Shown: positions 16,946-25,666 of the stretch, piece after piece
How positions within the stretch are numbered: position 1 is the stretch's first letter
How the letters are laid out: each line of letters starts with the position of its first letter
Origin: Chloroflexota bacterium
Lineage (GTDB): Bacteria > Chloroflexota > UBA11872 > VXNJ01
Assembly: GCA_965261345.1 (NCBI GenBank)
Contig: OZ253449.1
Span: 2,221,826 to 2,285,825, forward strand
DNA: 64,000 nt
Direction: 5' to 3'
Translations under genes and position numbers: made by a program
The notes under the pieces: model-generated
Database searches by the model: none
What the model saw: only the letters and a program-made list of their open reading frames with translations
Told to the model about the DNA's origin: nothing

Positions 16946-17812
16946 TTGAGTGGATGGACATTTGAACAGGTTTCGACGGGCCACGCCTTTAGCGAAGGGC
17001 CCCAGTGGACCGGCGATTCGATCCTGTTTACCGATCTGTACAACCATCGGATCCTCAGATTTGACCCGGCCAGCGGCCGGACCGAGTGTTACTTTCAGGG
17101 CGTGCTGCAGGGCAACGGCCTGCTGTATTCGCAATCTCGCCGGCTCTACTGTTGCGAGATGGTCGGCCGCTGCGTCTCCGAAATTGGACCCGGCCGTCGG
17201 GTGGTGGTCGACTCACATGCCGGTCGCCGGCTCAATTCACCCAACGACATAACCGAGGATTCGGCCGGCCGGCTATGGTTTACCGATCCTCGCTACGGCC
17301 ATATCCGCCGCGATATGGAACTGGATCACGAGTCGATTTTTCGCTATGACCCCGCCGGCGATGGCCTCAAGCGCCTCACCTTCGATACAACTCGCCCCAA
17401 TGGTCTGCTGCTGTCGGCCGACGAGAAAACCCTCTACGTGGCCCAGAGCGATTACGGAGAGGCGGCCAAGCGCGAACTGCGCGCCTATCCGGTCCTGCCC
17501 GACCAGACCCTCGGGCCCCACCGGGTGCTGCACAATTTTTTTCCGGGGCGCGGGGTTGATGGGATGGCCCTTAGTGACACCGACCACGTCCTGGCGGTCT
17601 CGGGTTGGGCGGTGAGCGGGCAGGGCCCGATGATTACGGTTTTTGAAGATTCCGGGCGGGTGACCGAGACCCAGCCGACACCCTATCCGGTGCCCACCAA
17701 TATCTGTTTTGGGGGCCCCGATCTTTCCGATCTATACCTGACCGCCGGTGATGGCTGCCTTTACCGGGTCGCCGACTCCGGTTACCGTGGCGCCGAACGC
17801 TACCGCCGCTGA
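16946..17812 (+). CDS. SMP-30/gluconolactonase/LRE-family beta-propeller hydrolase
   Basis: Family-typical FSEGPQW...ILFTDL...LYCCE...PNDI...LWFTD segments. Start is probably TTG at 16946. Confidence 0.75.
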   Translation: MSGWTFEQVSTGHAFSEGPQWTGDSILFTDLYNHRILRFDPASGRTECYFQGVLQGNGLLYSQSRRLYCCEMVGRCVSEIGPGRRVVVDSHAGRRLNSPNDITEDSAGRLWFTDPRYGHIRRDMELDHESIFRYDPAGDGLKRLTFDTTRPNGLLLSADEKTLYVAQSDYGEAAKRELRAYPVLPDQTLGPHRVLHNFFPGRGVDGMALSDTDHVLAVSGWAVSGQGPMITVFEDSGRVTETQPTPYPVPTNICFGGPDLSDLYLTAGDGCLYRVADSGYRGAERYRR

Positions 17813-17883
17813 TCGCGGCGGTAGCGAAGAAAATACTGGCCCCAAAAACAGGTAGGCGGTGACCGGGTGATTGGATTGGATTC

Positions 17884-20370
17884 TTAGTCGCGATTGGTTC
17901 CGGATCGGACGTTGCGGCCGGGCGCGTAGCGGGAAAGCAGGGCCGACCGGTCGATCCACATCTCGCCGACCTGGAATGCGAAACCGCCTTGATGGAGTGG
18001 CGCCATATCGGCCTGGCCGGTGTCCGCGTGGTCTCTATTGCGGCGCAGGTGCGCGGTTCGTTCTGGCATGTAGAGAGAGAGCAGGCCGAGCATGTAGGCC
18101 CGATCTAGTTCACGGCGCCAGGTTGGCGGTTGCTCGCGGATTGAAAATCCCAACCGCCGAGCTCCCCGAAAAAGTAGGGTCGTTGCGGTAACCGCTTGCA
18201 CACAGCGACCATTGCGGTCGAGCGAACCGTCGGCCATTTGTTGCGACAGGGCGGCCAGATCTTCGCGCAGGGTTTTGATGACCTGCCAGGTCCGGACCGG
18301 CGCGGCGGCACCGGCCAATCGGGCAAGCTGGCGGTTGGAAAAGTGAATCCGGCAAATTAAATCACCGCGGCGTATACGATTTCCATCTGGCAATATGAGC
18401 GGACGCCAATCCTTATGGATTTCCAAACCGTAGAGTAATAGGCCGTCGCTGCGCACCGGTTGCAACCGGTGCCAACGCGAGTAAAGTCGATCCCAAACCC
18501 ACCAAATCCAGAGCAGGCCGGAGGGGCGGCCCGGTGCGTGCTTGCCGGCGGATTTGAGGGCTATGCGCAACCCGGCGTGGGCCATTTGCCCAGCCACACG
18601 GGTCGCCGGCGGAGAAGGCGCTCCCGGTGCCGGCCCACCGGCCGAATACCAGCGCCGTCCAATCCCCAGAAAGCCCAACGCCCAGCGTAGAAACATCCAG
18701 ATCATCCCGATCCGCCAGGGCAGGGCGCGCAACCGCCGCGGCGAGGTGCGAATACTTGCGGCGCCGCGGTTTTGGCCGAGAAATTGGCTTGGACCGATGC
18801 GCTGCAACCGGCCGTTTGAGGATCGCAGCGACGCGGTCGCGCGGCGCATCAAATCCAGGTCCTCGGCCAGCTGCAGCTCGCAATCAAATCCGCCGAGGCG
18901 CTGGAATAGCTCCCAGTCTAAGTAGACCATCTGGGAATGGATGTCAAAGAGCCGCTTGCCAAATTCCAAAGCGTTGAAGAATCCGCACTCCCAGAAATTG
19001 TTCGATGCCGACTTGACCCGGATACTCCCGCCGTGGGAGCCGTTGCGCCAAGCTGAGGCCACTGCCAGAAGAACCGCCGGCTCCAGCGTGGAATCTGCAT
19101 CCAGAAAAACCAGCACGTCGCCACGTGCCAGGGTCGCGCCCAGATTTTTTGCCCGCGCCGTGCCACGGTTCGGTTCTTGCGCCAGGCGCACCGGCGGCAT
19201 ATCCGCCGGGGTGTCCGTCCAGCGGCGCGCCAGATTCTCGACCACGTCTACGGTGGTGTCGCGTGAACCGTTGTCTACGACCACGCATTCCACTCGGTCA
19301 AGCGGATATTGCTGCTCGGCAACCGATTTGAGCGCAAAGGTGATGTGGGATTGTTCGTTGAGGGCGGGCACAATTACTGAAATAAGCGGCGATTTTTGGT
19401 TGCCCTGGGACCGGCCATTGCCCAGCGCGAGCAACTGGCTGGCCGTTACGATGTCCCGTTGTGCCGCCAAAGCGGTAAGGTGATCGAGCACGCGCCGCCG
19501 CGCGCGGCCATCCTGGAGCCGTTGCGGATGCAGGAACACCTTGACCACCGGGCTGCGCGACAGACCTCCGTAACGGAGCCGGGCGAGCGCCGCGACGGCC
19601 CAGTTGCCCAATTGCAGCAACCGCTCGTGGAAGCCGCCAACTCCCATAAAACCCTGCCACGGGGTCGCGATCGCCCGCCCGGTCCGCAAGTCGCGCAACC
19701 CCGACTGTTCGAGCACATAGCGGTATCCGGCAGACGCCACACCGGACCGACCGGCGTGATTGGTCAGCCAGGCCGGGGCGCAAAATCCGTCCGGCTCCAC
19801 CCCGATGGCTTCGACGATAGCGCGCCGAGCGGCAAGGGCGGCTTCGCCGGCGATGGGAGCCGACAGGCTTGAGAATTCACTAGCCCGCGGGGCAAACAGC
19901 CGGCCCCGCAGGCGGGCAAGCGGCGAACCCTGCAACCTGCCGCGGGTCGTGTGCGACCAGCCGTGGGCAACGATCTCACTGCCGGCGGCGACCTCTGCCC
20001 GCAGCAGCCTGCACAGCTCCGCGTCTTCTGCCAGCGGCCAACGACCGGCATAGCAGGGCACCACCTTGAGTACGCGCGGCCGGATGTTGCGCTGATCCAA
20101 CTCGTCGAGCAACTGGCGCACTCCAGACGCAAACGGCGGCGCCACATCATGAATCGTAACCAGCAATTTGGGCCTGGGTCGCGAGCGGGAGTCGGCGCGC
20201 ATTCCCTTCATCCTAGAGTTCCAACCCCGCCGCACCGGAGACATCGATACGGGTTCGATCTCCAACCCCAGGGTGCGCCGCCCGCGGATATCAGGTCCAA
20301 AGTTCCTGCCTGCCTCATCGCTGAAAAGGTTGCTGACGGTGGCAGCCCACAGCGCCGCCACGGCGCCCAT
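17884..20370 (-). CDS. Large multidomain protein: polysaccharide-deacetylase-like (DUF2334-type) N-domain, family-2 glycosyltransferase, uncharacterised C-terminal domain
   Basis: 828 aa. Deacetylase-like region KLLVTIHDVAPPF...IVAHGWSHT. GT2 region LISVIVPALNEQ...VVVDNGSRD...FLDADS. C-terminal ~270 aa has two hydrophobic segments and no recognised family. The N-terminal ~60 aa is low-complexity, so the start is uncertain. Confidence 0.7.
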   Translation of the reverse strand: MGAVAALWAATVSNLFSDEAGRNFGPDIRGRRTLGLEIEPVSMSPVRRGWNSRMKGMRADSRSRPRPKLLVTIHDVAPPFASGVRQLLDELDQRNIRPRVLKVVPCYAGRWPLAEDAELCRLLRAEVAAGSEIVAHGWSHTTRGRLQGSPLARLRGRLFAPRASEFSSLSAPIAGEAALAARRAIVEAIGVEPDGFCAPAWLTNHAGRSGVASAGYRYVLEQSGLRDLRTGRAIATPWQGFMGVGGFHERLLQLGNWAVAALARLRYGGLSRSPVVKVFLHPQRLQDGRARRRVLDHLTALAAQRDIVTASQLLALGNGRSQGNQKSPLISVIVPALNEQSHITFALKSVAEQQYPLDRVECVVVDNGSRDTTVDVVENLARRWTDTPADMPPVRLAQEPNRGTARAKNLGATLARGDVLVFLDADSTLEPAVLLAVASAWRNGSHGGSIRVKSASNNFWECGFFNALEFGKRLFDIHSQMVYLDWELFQRLGGFDCELQLAEDLDLMRRATASLRSSNGRLQRIGPSQFLGQNRGAASIRTSPRRLRALPWRIGMIWMFLRWALGFLGIGRRWYSAGGPAPGAPSPPATRVAGQMAHAGLRIALKSAGKHAPGRPSGLLWIWWVWDRLYSRWHRLQPVRSDGLLLYGLEIHKDWRPLILPDGNRIRRGDLICRIHFSNRQLARLAGAAAPVRTWQVIKTLREDLAALSQQMADGSLDRNGRCVQAVTATTLLFRGARRLGFSIREQPPTWRRELDRAYMLGLLSLYMPERTAHLRRNRDHADTGQADMAPLHQGGFAFQVGEMWIDRSALLSRYAPGRNVRSGTNRD

Positions 20371-20531
20371 CGCGCTTGATTATTCTTCCCCCGCCACTTC
20401 CTCCCGCGGTACAAATTGCTCTGCTACGCCCCGGCGGGCAGCACCAGATAAATTACCTGCTGCCGGTGGCTCTCCGTTTGCTGCGCTAATCTCCGCCTCT
20501 CTTGAATCTTTAGGCGATCACTCTTCCAAAT

Positions 20532-20595
20532 CCGCTAATTTTCGGACTCGCCGCGGTTATTTAGGATCTGACGGGAACCTGACGGAAATTAGCGG
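20532..20595. repeat. Inverted repeat (10-bp perfect arms CCGCTAATTT / AAATTAGCGG, 44-nt spacer containing a TGACGG direct repeat) in the leader of the deacetylase/GT2 gene
   Basis: Seen directly in sequence. Lies between tRNA-Lys and the start of the 828-aa gene, on the same transcriptional orientation. Confidence 0.5.
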
Positions 20596-20854
20596 TTGCC
20601 AAGTCGGCGTGCCCGCAGCGACCGCCCGGTCGGGAGCTAGCAGCTGCCCAATTCTTGGCCTGCGGGTGCACTCGATGGCCAAAACCGGGCCGGGTCGACC
20701 GATCGCGGTCAGGTGACCAGCAAAAACCGGCTGAACTTGTGACCGCCCGCCCCCGGCAGCAACCGGCCGGTATTTCCCCTCGGGCAAACCAAAATTGTTG
20801 CGGGAATGTTGCGGGCATTTTGCCCGAATAACCGAAGGCGGCGGCGGCCACTGC

Positions 20855-20929
<75 letters not shown>

Positions 20930-20973
20930 GCAAGAGTATAAGAGCGCCCGCCAGCGCGGTTTTCTTGAAGGAG

Positions 20974-21258
20974 TTAGGCGACCTGGCGCTCGCGCAGATT
21001 GGCCACGTGCCCGCGTATGTTGCGGGCCAGATCCTCATCGGATGCGGCAGATTCAGCCATCTGAATGAAGTCTTCCGAGGAGAGTTGCAACTGGGCCAGC
21101 ACCCGACGGTCGATCGGGCAGGGATAAATGTATTCGTCGATGTAGCCGCCGGCCAAGGCCAGCGCTTTATCTGACATGCGCGCAATCCAGGGCACGCCGT
21201 CGACGGCCACGTCGCGGCCGCGCGGACGGAACGGACGTTCGATGGTGGGTTCGGTCAT
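20974..21258 (-). CDS. Conserved hypothetical protein
   Basis: 94-aa ORF with non-repetitive composition (…VPWIARMSDKALALAGGYIDEYIYPCPIDRRVLAQL…). No family confidently recognised. Confidence 0.45.
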   Translation of the reverse strand: MTEPTIERPFRPRGRDVAVDGVPWIARMSDKALALAGGYIDEYIYPCPIDRRVLAQLQLSSEDFIQMAESAASDEDLARNIRGHVANLRERQVA

Positions 21259-21339
21259 CTTCAGGCTCCAGCCGGGCGATTAGTTTGCAGGCGCACGCAT
21301 TGCTTGAGTCTATTCGCTGATCCGACGAAATTCCACCGC

Positions 21340-22293
21340 CTAGGGCAACCGATCCAGTCCCATTTCATGGACCAGCTCGGTGACTTCGTCCGGCCTGGCC
21401 ACCGGTTCGGCCAGGGCCGCAAGCAACGACTTTCGCCGATTGGCAGATTGTGGTCCAGCCGGGCCGGACTCAAACCGATCGAGCGCGGTCAGCAGGGCCA
21501 GGAAACGATGGACTCCCAGCAGCTCCGGCCGGTAGCCGCCGCCGCCGATGTATTCGAAAAGGCCGATCAATTCAAGCGCCAGTGGCGTGGTGACCGCACA
21601 GGTGAAGTGATCGGTTGCCCCGCGGGCTCCGCTGGCGATTAGGTAGGACACCAAGCGGCGTTCCACCCACTCGGCCCCCAGCACTGAGAAGTCGACAACC
21701 GCGACCGACTGTCCATCGCTAACCAGGTTGCTGGCCGAACAATCCAGCGACCCGTAATTCCAAGACCCCTGCCAGGCGATCTCATAGACCGGCTGCAGCA
21801 GATCCTCGGCATCGAAGAGATCGGGGTTGATCGACCGGCAGGCCCGGGCGGTGCTGGCCAGCTCCCCCCGATCGCGCTCGCGCAGGTGCTCGTCGATTAG
21901 CTGGTCGGATTCGCTGCGCGACCCCGACAGATCGGCGAATATGAGATCGATGGCCAGCAGCGAACGCAGGGCGACAGATACCTGGGGATCGTCGCGATCA
22001 TGGCTGATGACCGCGTCCAGGGTTTGCTCACCGACCCAGGAAAGCAGCAGTGCCGCCTCCTCCATATTGGCGGCAATCACCTGCGGGGCGGGCGCGTCGA
22101 ATGCGGCCAACTGTTCGAGCGTGGCCTTCTCGGTGCGGTAGGCGTCCAGATCCTGTCCGTATAGCTTTAGGGCCCAACGCCGACCGTCTGACCCGCTGAC
22201 TGAGTAACAGGCTCGTCCGTTGGAACGTTCAACTATCGGCTGAGTCGAAACCGTGGCTCCGGTCAAATCCGCGGCCAGTTGATCGGGCTTCAC
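21340..22293 (-). CDS. Phosphotransferase-enzyme-family protein (aminoglycoside/choline-kinase-like protein-kinase fold)
   Basis: Kinase-like catalytic segment GSLDCSASNLVSDGQSVAVVDFS (the HGD..N..DF equivalent) and an N-terminal nucleotide-binding lobe (WALKLYG). Confidence 0.6.
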   Translation of the reverse strand: MKPDQLAADLTGATVSTQPIVERSNGRACYSVSGSDGRRWALKLYGQDLDAYRTEKATLEQLAAFDAPAPQVIAANMEEAALLLSWVGEQTLDAVISHDRDDPQVSVALRSLLAIDLIFADLSGSRSESDQLIDEHLRERDRGELASTARACRSINPDLFDAEDLLQPVYEIAWQGSWNYGSLDCSASNLVSDGQSVAVVDFSVLGAEWVERRLVSYLIASGARGATDHFTCAVTTPLALELIGLFEYIGGGGYRPELLGVHRFLALLTALDRFESGPAGPQSANRRKSLLAALAEPVARPDEVTELVHEMGLDRLP

Positions 22294-22551
22294 TGCCCCG
22301 ACCTCAATCTCAGCCGCAACTCGGGTGTGAACGCAGGCCGGTCGGCCAAAGCGGCATCAACCCGGATTGGCGCCGGTGCGGGAGCAGTACTGCAGGTTGG
22401 AAATGACCCAACGCCTGGTTTGGCTGAGAGGCGGCGGCGGGTTATCGTGGAATGCCCGCACGCCGAGCCGGTGGCGTGGCGATCGAGCGGCAGCCGGTTC
22501 ATCCGTTCTGCCCCATAGGCAAAAATCGGATAATCCGGCCAGGGCTCGATC

Positions 22552-23073
22552 GTGATGCGAACACTAGTACTCAATCAGGATTACCAGCCGCTAAACATTT
22601 GCGCGGACCGGCGCGCATTCGTGCTGCTCGATCGCGGCAAGGCCGACCTCATCAGCGAGTACCGACAGCGCTTTGCCACGTTCTCCGGTTCGCTGGTCCG
22701 ACCGTCGGTTATCCGCATGCGCTACTACATCCGGCGCCCCCAGCCGGGGGCTAATCTGGGTCGCCGAGAACTGTTTGAGCGGGATGATCACTCCTGTCAG
22801 TACTGCGGCGCGCGCAACGCCGAATTTACGGTCGATCACGTTGTTCCCAAGCGCCTGGGCGGAGCCGGAACCTGGGAAAACCTGGTAACTAGTTGCCGAA
22901 TGTGCAATCTGAAAAAAGGCGGTAAGACGTTGGGTGAGGCTGGGATGCGGCTTTACCGTAAACCCGGTCGGCCGATCATTTCGATGAACCGGATGGTGCT
23001 TTCCAAGGCCGGGCCTCAAATTGATCCGAGCTGGCGGCAATTCCTTCAACCGGCGCTTATCAAGTCAGGCTAA
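22552..23073 (+). CDS. HNH endonuclease
   Basis: C-terminal HNH motif DHSCQYCGARNAEFTVDHVVPKRLGG..WENLVTSCRMCNLKKG. Confidence 0.75.
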   Translation: MMRTLVLNQDYQPLNICADRRAFVLLDRGKADLISEYRQRFATFSGSLVRPSVIRMRYYIRRPQPGANLGRRELFERDDHSCQYCGARNAEFTVDHVVPKRLGGAGTWENLVTSCRMCNLKKGGKTLGEAGMRLYRKPGRPIISMNRMVLSKAGPQIDPSWRQFLQPALIKSG

Positions 23074-23097
23074 ACGCCCCGTCCGGGGCGCTAGTCG

Positions 23098-23310
23098 CTA
23101 GGGGTTGGCGCTTTCCTTCTCGTCGGATTCGGCGACCCCCTCCATATCGGCCTGGGCGTCCGATTCCTCGTCCTCCGGGCGAGCTTCCTGTCTAAATTCC
23201 CGAATGCTTCGACCCAACGCTCCGCCGATCCCGGATATCTTGCCGACACCGAAGACGACTAGAACGATTACCAGGACGATCAGGAGTTCGAGCGGGCCTA
23301 CCGATGGCAC
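23098..23310 (-). CDS. tatA: Twin-arginine translocase subunit TatA/E
   Basis: MPSVGPLELLIVLVIVLVVFGVGKISGIGGALGRSIREFRQE followed by an acidic tail, the classic TatA architecture. Confidence 0.8.
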   Translation of the reverse strand: MPSVGPLELLIVLVIVLVVFGVGKISGIGGALGRSIREFRQEARPEDEESDAQADMEGVAESDEKESANP

Positions 23311-23400
23311 GATCTGAACCTTACTACTTAGGAGACTAGGTCCGCCGGTGCAATTGGCACCTGGGCGGCGGACGTTCCTATTTTAGGGAGTTGGTGGAAG

Positions 23401-24072
23401 TTAGCCGCGATGCAGGCCGCGGGCCTGCGGGCTCCCCAGGTAGGAGAGCGAGCGCTGGTAGTTGTCCTCGGATATCCATCCCTTAGACATGTAGTAGGTC
23501 AGGATCTGACCTAGTTCGAGGATCGCGATCAGGTTGATCCCGGCCGCGCCGAGCCGAGCCGACGATTGCGCGGCTCGGTCGATTAGCACCACCGCGTCGG
23601 TGACCTCCAGGCCAACCGCGCGCAACGCCTCTGCGGTCTGGACCACCGACCCGCCCGAGGTGATCAGGTCGTCGACGATGAGTACCGCCTGGCCGGGCAG
23701 GAATCGACCCTCAATGCGGGCCTCCGCGGCGGTGGCCGGGTTTACGTAAATTAAGGGAATATCGGCGGCCAATGAGATAGCGGTAGCCAGGTTGAGTCCA
23801 CCCAATGGCACCCCGGCGATAAGGTCGAACGGTCCGCATTGCGGTCGGCGCCGACCCTGGCGTGACCAGATCTCCTCCAAGACCACGTCAGCAGCCGCGC
23901 GCAGCCCCGGCGGGTTGCAGCAGAGCACCTTGGGGTTCATGTAGACCGGAGAGTTGATGGTCGAACGGCCGAGCGTAAAGCTGCCAAATTCGATCCCACC
24001 CAGTTCGTAGATGGTACGGGCCAGGGCCAGGACGATCGATTCTTGGGCACTGGAATCTTGGGGAGGAATCAA
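23401..24072 (-). CDS. pyrE: Orotate phosphoribosyltransferase
   Basis: Type I PRTase PRPP-binding motif VLIVDDLITSGGS and the OPRTase N-terminal region. Confidence 0.85.
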   Translation of the reverse strand: MIPPQDSSAQESIVLALARTIYELGGIEFGSFTLGRSTINSPVYMNPKVLCCNPPGLRAAADVVLEEIWSRQGRRRPQCGPFDLIAGVPLGGLNLATAISLAADIPLIYVNPATAAEARIEGRFLPGQAVLIVDDLITSGGSVVQTAEALRAVGLEVTDAVVLIDRAAQSSARLGAAGINLIAILELGQILTYYMSKGWISEDNYQRSLSYLGSPQARGLHRG

Positions 24073-24221
24073 AAATTGCCCCGGGACTTGATTGGGTTTC
24101 TATCAAATCTAATAATCGGGCGCAAGCAAATTGACCGATCCGCCCGAGGAGGGTTCTGCTGGCTGAGTTCGATCCGGTCGCCTTCATCGCCGCCAAACGC
24201 GACGGGCGACCGCACCCCCGC

Positions 24222-25490
24222 TTGGAACTGAACCGATTCGTAACCGGCCTGACCGCCGGGCAGATACCCGATTACCAGACCGCGGCATGGCTGATGGCCG
24301 TTCGCTGGCGCGGGCTAGATGAAGCCGAAACGCTCTATCTGACCAATGCGATCGCCGATTCAGGGTCCCGAATCAGCTGGTCCCATTCGGATCGTCCGGT
24401 GGTCGACAAGCATTCGACCGGCGGGGTTGGCGACAAGACCTCGCTGGTGGTGGTGCCGCTGGCGGCCGCCTGCGGGATGGCCGTTCCAAAGCTATCCGGA
24501 CGCGGGCTCGGGCCGACCGGTGGAACGCTGGACAAACTGGAGGCGATCAGTGGATTTGAGGTGAATCTTGGCGCGGCGCGGCTGGTGGATCAGGTCGATC
24601 GGCTCGGATTGGCGATCGCTGCCCAATCAAAAGATCTGGCGCCGGCCGACGGGCGGCTGTACGCGCTGCGCGACGTGACTGCCACCATCGATTCGATTCC
24701 CCTGATCGCGTCCTCGATCATGGGTAAAAAGCTGGCCGGCGGGGCATCTACCCTGGCGCTCGACGTTAAGTGTGGCAGTGGTGCCTTTATGCCCGATTTT
24801 GAGTCCGCGCGCACCCTGGCCGAGAGCATGGCCGCCATCGGGTCGGCCGCCGGCGTAAACGTCCGCGCCTATATTTCGGCGATGGACCGCCCTCTGGGGT
24901 ATGCGGTCGGAAATTCGCTTGAGGTCAGCGAGGCGATCGAATGCCTCTCGGGCGAAGGTCCGCCCGACCTGCGGGAGCTGGCGATAACCATCGTTGCCGG
25001 CCTGCTGCGCGACTGCGGACTAAAGAGCGCACCGCGGGCCGCCCGCCAGGCCACCGACCAGGCGTTGGCATCGGGCCGCGCGTTGGCCAAATTCGCCCAA
25101 ATGGTTAACGCGCAAGGCGGCGACTTGGATGCCTTCCAGCGCAAGCCACCGCATGCCGAGGCCGTCCGGGCGGCATTTTCTGCCCATTCGGGAGGCCACT
25201 TGGCCGGCATCGATGCGGGCGCAATTGCTTCGCTTGTCCACTCACTCGGCGGTGGGCGCAGCCACAAATCTGACCCGATCGATCACGCGGTGGGAGTCGT
25301 ACTGCAATGCTCTCTCGGCCAGGCGGTTGCTCCCGGACAACCGCTGGCGACCATATACGCGCGCAGCCGTGCGCAGCTGACTGCTTCACAGGTGGAAATG
25401 CGGGAAGCGTTTACCATCACCGACTCTCCGCCGCTGCCCGGCGCGCTGCTGCTGGGCCAGGTGGCGCAGTCGGCAGCTCCCAAAAATTAG
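24222..25490 (+). CDS. deoA: Thymidine/pyrimidine-nucleoside phosphorylase
   Basis: Motifs DKHSTGGVGDKTSL and LSGRGLGPTGGTLDKLE. The ORF track starts at TTG 24222, but the conserved N-terminus (…FDPVAFIAAKRDGRPHPRLELNRF…) is encoded in frame upstream back to the stop at 24132 with no ATG/GTG/TTG. The true start is unresolved and may be CTG at 24156/24159. Confidence 0.85.
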   Translation: MELNRFVTGLTAGQIPDYQTAAWLMAVRWRGLDEAETLYLTNAIADSGSRISWSHSDRPVVDKHSTGGVGDKTSLVVVPLAAACGMAVPKLSGRGLGPTGGTLDKLEAISGFEVNLGAARLVDQVDRLGLAIAAQSKDLAPADGRLYALRDVTATIDSIPLIASSIMGKKLAGGASTLALDVKCGSGAFMPDFESARTLAESMAAIGSAAGVNVRAYISAMDRPLGYAVGNSLEVSEAIECLSGEGPPDLRELAITIVAGLLRDCGLKSAPRAARQATDQALASGRALAKFAQMVNAQGGDLDAFQRKPPHAEAVRAAFSAHSGGHLAGIDAGAIASLVHSLGGGRSHKSDPIDHAVGVVLQCSLGQAVAPGQPLATIYARSRAQLTASQVEMREAFTITDSPPLPGALLLGQVAQSAAPKN

Positions 25491-25666
25491 ACTTTTGGCA
25501 TATGCCGCCCGACATTTCCCAATCAACCTGGCCTTGACTGAAGCTGCCTGACCCGATACCCGCCGCGGGGATACCGCCGGCCTTACTGAGCCCCTACGAT
25601 CCGGGCGCGGTAGAACCCGAAATCTACGCCGCCTGGGAGGCGTCGGGGGCGTTCACCGCGCCGGTT

